Assembly (NCBI GenBank): GCA_964016885.1
Contig: OZ024743.1
Coordinates: 139,314,001-139,378,000 of the forward strand
Source: Eledone cirrhosa
Taxonomy: Eukaryota
Direction of reading: 5' to 3'
DNA length: 64,000 nucleotides
A program made the translations under genes and the position numbers. Below the pieces are notes generated by a model that did not search any database, was not told where the DNA came from, and worked only from the letters and a program-made list of their open reading frames with translations. Of the stretch, positions 59,371 to 64,000 are shown in pieces. Within the stretch, counting starts at the first letter, position 1, and each line of letters opens with the position of its first letter.

Positions 59371-62300
59371 GTGTTTGGTGCTTGGTGCTTGGTGTTTGGT
59401 GCTTGGTGTTTGCTGTCTGGTGTTTGGTGTTTGGTGTTTGGTGTTTGCTGTTTGGTGTCTGCTTTTTGGTGTTTGGTGTTTGCTGTATGGTGTTTGCTGT
59501 TTGGTGTTTGGTGCTTCGTGTTTGGTGTTTGGTCTTTGGTGATTGGTGTCTGGTGCTTGATGTTTGGTGTTTGGTGTTTGGTGCTTGGTGCTTGGTGTTT
59601 GGTGCTTGGTGCTTGGTGTTTGTACTTGGTGCTTGGTGCTTGGTGTTTGGTGCTTGGTTCTTGGTGTTTGGTGCTTGGTGTTTGGTGCTTGGTGCTTGGT
59701 GTTTGGTGCTTGGTGCTTGGTGTTTGGTGTTTGGTGCTTGGTGCTTGGTGCTTGGTGTTAGGTGTTTGGTGCTTGGTGCTTGGTGTTTAGTGTTTGGTTC
59801 TTGGTGCTTGGTATTTGGTGCTTGGTGCTTGCTGCTTGGTGTTTGGTGCTTGGTGATTGATGCTTGGTGTTTGGTGCTTGGTGGCCAGTGTTTGGTTTTT
59901 GGTGCTAGGTGCTTGGTGCATGGTGTTTGGTGCTTGGTGTTTGGTGTTTGGTGGTTGGTGCTTGGGGATTGGTGTTTGGTACTTGGTGCTTGGTGCTTGG
60001 TGTTTGGTGCTTGGTGCTTGGTGTTTGGTGTTTGGTGCCTGGTGCTTGGTATTTGGTGCTTGGTGCTTGGTGTTTGGTGTTTGGTGCTTGGTGCTTGGTG
60101 TTTGGTGCTTGGTGCTTGGTGCTTGTTGTTTGGTGATTGGTGCTTGGTGCTTGGTGTTTGGTGCTTGGTGTTAGGTGTTTGGTGCTTGGTGCTTGGTGTT
60201 TGGTGTTTCGTGCTTGGTGTTTGGTGCTTGGTGCTTGGTGTTTGGTGTTTGGTGCTTGGTGTTTGGTGCTTGGTACTTGGTGCTTGGTGCTTGGTGTTAG
60301 GTGTTTGGTGCTTGGTGCTTGGTGTTTGGTTTTTGGTGCTTGGTGCTTGGTGTTTGGTGTTTGGTGCTTGCTGCTGGCTGCTTGGTGTTTGGTGCTTGGT
60401 GATTGGTGCTTGGTGTTTGGTGCTTGGTGTTTGGTGTTTGGTACTAGGTGCTTGGTGTTTGGTGTTTGGTGCTTGGTGCTTGGTGTTTGGTGTTTGGTGT
60501 TTGGTGCTTGGTGCTTGGTGCTTGATGCTGGGTGGTTGGTGTTTGGTGCTTGGTGATTAGTGTTTGGTGCTAGGTGCTTGGGGTTTGGTGTTTGGTGCTT
60601 GGTGCTTGGTGTTTGGTGCTTGGTGGTTGGTGTTTGGTGCTTGGTGGTTGGTGTTTGCTGTTTGCTGTTTGCTGTTTGGTGTTTGTTGTTTGGTGTTTGT
60701 TGATTGGTGTTTGCTGTTTGGTGCTTGGTGCTTGGTCTTTGGTGCTTGGTGTTTGGTGTTTGGTGCTTGGTGCTTTGTGTTTGGTGCTTGGTGATTAGTG
60801 TTTGGTGCTTGGTGCTTGGGGTTTGGTGTTTGGTGCTTGGTACTTGGTGTTTGGTGCTTGGTGTTTGGTGTTTGCTGTTTGGTGTTTGGTGTTTGGTGTT
60901 TGCTGTATGGTGTTTGCTGTTTCGTGTTTGGTGTTTGCTGTTTGGTGTTTGGTGTTTGCTGTTTGGTGTTTGGTCTTTGGTGCTTGGTGTTTGGTGCTTG
61001 GTGCTTGGTGTTTGGTGTTTGGTGCTTGGTGTTTGGTGTTTGGTGCTTGGTGCTTGGTGCTTGGTGTTTGGTGTTTGGTGTTTGGTGCTTGGTGTCTGGT
61101 GCTTGGTGTTTGGTGTTTAGTGTTTGGTGCTTGGTGTTTGGTGTTTGGTGTTTGGTGTTTGGTGCTTGTTGCTTGGTACTTGGTGCTTGGTGTTTGGTGC
61201 TTGGTGCTTGGTGTTTGGTGCTGGGTGCTTGGTGTTTGGTGCTTGGTGCTTGGTGCTTGGTGTTTGGTGTTTGGTGCTTGGTGCTTGGTGCTTGGTGTTT
61301 GGTGTTTGGTGCTTGGTGTTTTATGCTTGGTGTTTGATGTTTGGTGCTTGGTGCTTGGTGTTTGGTGCTTGGTGCTTGGTGTTTGTACTTGGTGCTTGGT
61401 GCTTGGTTCTTGGTGTTTGGTGCTTGGTGCTTGGTGCTTGGTGCTTGGTGTTTGGTGCTTGGTGTTTGGTGCTTGGTGTTTGGTGCTTGGTGCCTGGTGC
61501 TTGGTGCTTGGTGCTTGGTGTTTGGTGCTTGGTGTTTGGTGCTTGGTATTAGGTGTTTGGTGCTTGGTGCTTGGTGTTTGGTGTTTGGTGCTTGGTGTTT
61601 GGTGCTTGGTGCTTGGTGTTTGGTGTTTGGTGCTTGGTGTTTGGTGCTTGGTACTTGGTGCTTGGTGCTTGGTGTTAGGTGTTTGGTGCTTGGTGCTTGG
61701 TGTTTGGTTTTTGGTGCTTGGTGCTTGGTGTTTGGTGTTTGGTGCTTGCTGCTGGCTGCTTGCTGTTTGGTGCTTGGTGATTGGTGCTTGGTGTTTGGTG
61801 CTTGGTGTTTGGTGTTTGGTACTAGGTGCTTGGTGCTTGGTGTTTGGTGCTTGGTGCTTGGTGTTTGGTGTTTGGTGCTTGGTGCTTGGTGTTTGGTGCT
61901 TGGTGCTGGGTGCTGGGTGGTTGGTGTTTGGTGTTTGGTGTTTGGTGCTGGGTGCTTGGTGTTTGGTGCTTGGTGTTTGGTCTTTGGTGTTTGGTGTTTG
62001 GTGTTTGGTGCTTGGTGCTTGGTGCTTGGTGTTTGGTGCTTGGTGCTTGGTGTTTGGTGCTTGGTGCTTAGTGTTTGGTGCTAGGTGCTTGGGGTTTGGT
62101 GTTTGGTGCTTGGTGCTTGGTGCTTGGTGTTTGGTGTTTGGTGTTTGCTGTTTGGTGTTTGGTGTTTGGTGTTTGCTGTTTGGTGTCTGCTTTTTGGTGT
62201 TTGGTGTTGGCTGTATGTTATTTGCTGTTTGGTGTTTGGTGTTTGGTGTTTGGTGCTTGGTGCTTGGTGTTTGGTGTTTGGTGCTTGGTGCTTGGAGTTT

Positions 62301-64000
62301 GGTGTTTGGTGCTTAGTGCTTGGTGTTTTGTGTTTGGTGTTTGGTTTTTGGTGCTTGGTGCTTGGTGCTTGTTGCTTGGTCCTTGGTGTTTGGTGCTTGG
62401 TGCTTGGTGTTTGTACTTGGTGCTTGGTGCTTGGTGTTTGGTTCTTGGTTCTTGGTGTTTGGTACTTGGTGCTTGGTGCTCGGTGCTTGGTGTTTGGTGT
62501 TTGGTGCTTGGTGTTTGGTGCTTGGTGCTTGGTGCTTGGTGTTAGGTGTTTGGTGCTTGGTGCATGGTGTTTGGTGCTTGGTGTTTGGTGTTTGCTGTTT
62601 GGTGTTTGGTGCTTGGTGTTTGGTGTTTGCTGTTTGGTGTCTGCTTTTTGGTGTTTGGTGTTTGCTGTATGGTGTTTGCTGTTTCGTGTTTGGTGTTTGC
62701 TGTTTGGTGTTTGGTGTTTGCTGTTTGGTGTTTGGTCTTTGGTGCTTGGTGTTTGGTGCTTGGTGCTTGGTGTTTGGTGTTTGGTGCTTGGTGCTTGGTG
62801 CTTCGTGTTTGGTGTTTGGTGCTTGGTGTCTGGAGCTTGGTGTTTGGTGTTTGGTGCTTGGTATTTGGTGTTTGGTGCTTGGTGCTTGGTGTTTGGTGCT
62901 TGGTGCTTGGTGTTTGTACTTGGTGCTTGGTGCTTGGTGTTTGGTGCTTGGTTCTTGGTGTTTGGTGCTTGGTGTTTGGTGCTTGGTGCTTGGTGTTTGG
63001 TGCTTGGTGCTTGGTGTTTGGTGTTTGGTGCTTGGTGCTTGGTGCTTGGTGTTTGGTGTTTGGTCTTTGGTGCTTGGTGCTTGGTGTTTGGTGTTTGGTT
63101 CTTGGTGCTTGGTATTTGGTGCTTGGTGCTTGCTGCTTGGTGTTTGGTGCTTGGTGATTGATGCTTGGTGTTTGATGCTTGGTGCTTGGTGTTTGGTTTT
63201 TGGTGCTAGGTGCTTGGTGCTTGGTGTTTGGTGCTTGGTGTTTGGTGTTTGCTGCTTGGTGCTTGGGGCTTGGTGTTTGGTACTTGGTGCTTGGTGCTTG
63301 GTGTTTGGTGCTTGGTGCTTGGTGTATGGTGTTTGGTGTTTGGTGCTTGGTGTTTGGTGTTTGGTGCTTGGTGCTTGGTGTTTGTTGCTTGGTACTTAGT
63401 TCATGGTGTTTGGTGCTGGGTGCTTGGTGTTTGGTGCTTGGTGCTTGGTGTTTGGTGTTTGGTGCTTGGTGTTTGGTGTTTGGTGCTTGGTGCTTGGTGT
63501 TTGTTGCTTGGTACTTGGTGCATGGTGTTTGGTGCTGGGTGCTTGGTGTTTGGTGCTTGGTGTTTGGTGCTTGGTGCTTGGTGTTTGGTGTTTGGTGTTT
63601 GATGCTTGGTGTTTGATGCTTGGTGCTTGGTGCTTGGTGTTTGGTGCTTGGTGTTTGTACTTGGTGCTTGGTGTTTTGTGCTTGGTTCTTTGTGTTTGGT
63701 GTTTGGTGCTTGGTGCTTGGTGCTTGGTGTTAGGTGTTTGGTGCTTGGTGCTTGGTGTTTGGTGTTTGGTACTAGGTGCTTGGTGATTGGTGTTTGGCGC
63801 TTGGTGCTTGGTGTTTGGTGTTTGGTGTTTGGTGCTTGCTGCTTGGTGCTTGGTGCTGGGTGGTTGGTGTTTGGTGCTTGGTGATTAGTGTTTGGTGCTA
63901 GGTGCTTGGGGTTTGGTGTTTGGTGCTTGGTGCTTGGTGTTTGGTGCTTGGTGCTTGGTGTTTGGTGCTTGGTGCTTGGTGTTTGGTGTTTGCTGTTTGC
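59371..64000. repeat. Further HOR copy matching 39.1-44.3 kb and 48.2-51.6 kb
   Basis: Offsets are 20258 (39113/59371, 39599/59857), 19677 (41027/60704) and 12355 (50824/63179, 51251/63606). Shared private variants are GGTGGCCAG (~39622/59880) and GGTACTTAGTTCATGG (~43693/51036/63391). Confidence 0.88.

Larger units (their letters stand above)
1..64000. repeat. Tandem 7-bp satellite array (TTGGTGY)n, about 9,100 monomers, single orientation, running off both window edges
   Basis: TTGGTGC/TTGGTGT is read directly throughout. Variants are mostly single-base substitutions (TTGCTGY, TTGATGY, TTGGTAC, TAGGTGY, TTGTTGY). All + frames translate to WCLVLGA-type heptads and all - frames to STKHQAP-type heptads. 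Confidence 0.99.
17200..64000. repeat. Domain-2 core higher-order repeat, about 5.1 kb, in full, truncated and expanded copies
   Basis: Offsets of 5104/5125 link ORFs 17684/22788, 27109/32213, 27843/32947 and 29339/34464. The marker TTGGCTGTATGTTATTT lies at ~19187, 27975, 33079, 36819 (2-bp deleted form), 42530, 49852, 57668 and 62207. The marker GTTGATTGG lies at ~17679, 22783, 26467, 31571, 41022, 48344 and 60699. Confidence 0.85.

Noticed and set aside
1-64000. CRISPR-like or cassette/diversity array
   Set aside because: There are no unique spacers between repeats and no cas, reverse transcriptase or recombinase genes.
1-64000. Canonical telomerase-made telomere tract
   Set aside because: The monomer does not match canonical telomere motifs. 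TTAGG-like words are isolated point variants, and variant patterns are copied in kilobase blocks.
1-64000. Bacterial short heptamer tandem repeats (STRR-like intergenic repeats)
   Set aside because: Those are typically tens to hundreds of bp between genes. A gene-free 64-kb array with HORs does not fit, although the source organism cannot be established here.
1-64000. Pure sequencing or low-complexity artefact
   Set aside because: Rare variants recur at consistent offsets with small copy-specific differences, which random error would not produce. Individual near-perfect duplications could still be assembly errors.

Overview
The whole 64-kb window is one uninterrupted, single-orientation tandem satellite array. 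It is built from a 7-bp monomer, TTGGTGY (TTGGTGC and TTGGTGT in roughly similar amounts by eye; minus strand RCACCAA). I find no unique sequence, gene, RNA gene, transposon or CRISPR array. Every ORF in the track is a by-product of the repeat: because 7 is coprime with 3, all three frames read (WCLV[L/F]G[A/V])n on + and ([S/N]TKHQ[A/T]P)n on -. The information lies in the variant monomers, which show a nested higher-order repeat (HOR) hierarchy. There are two variant domains: about 1-13.6 kb with a ~2.7-3.1 kb period, and about 13.6-64 kb with a ~5.1 kb core period and a diagnostic 6-bp TTGTAC monomer. Recent near-identical tandem duplications of 581, 651, ~1660, 1813, 7322/7343 and 8788 bp overlie these, and a distinctive block recurs 41,397 bp apart. 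The architecture resembles eukaryotic (peri)centromeric or heterochromatic simple satellite DNA. The organism and function cannot be determined from the sequence alone. Offsets were derived by hand from the ORF track and marker variants, so boundaries are approximate.
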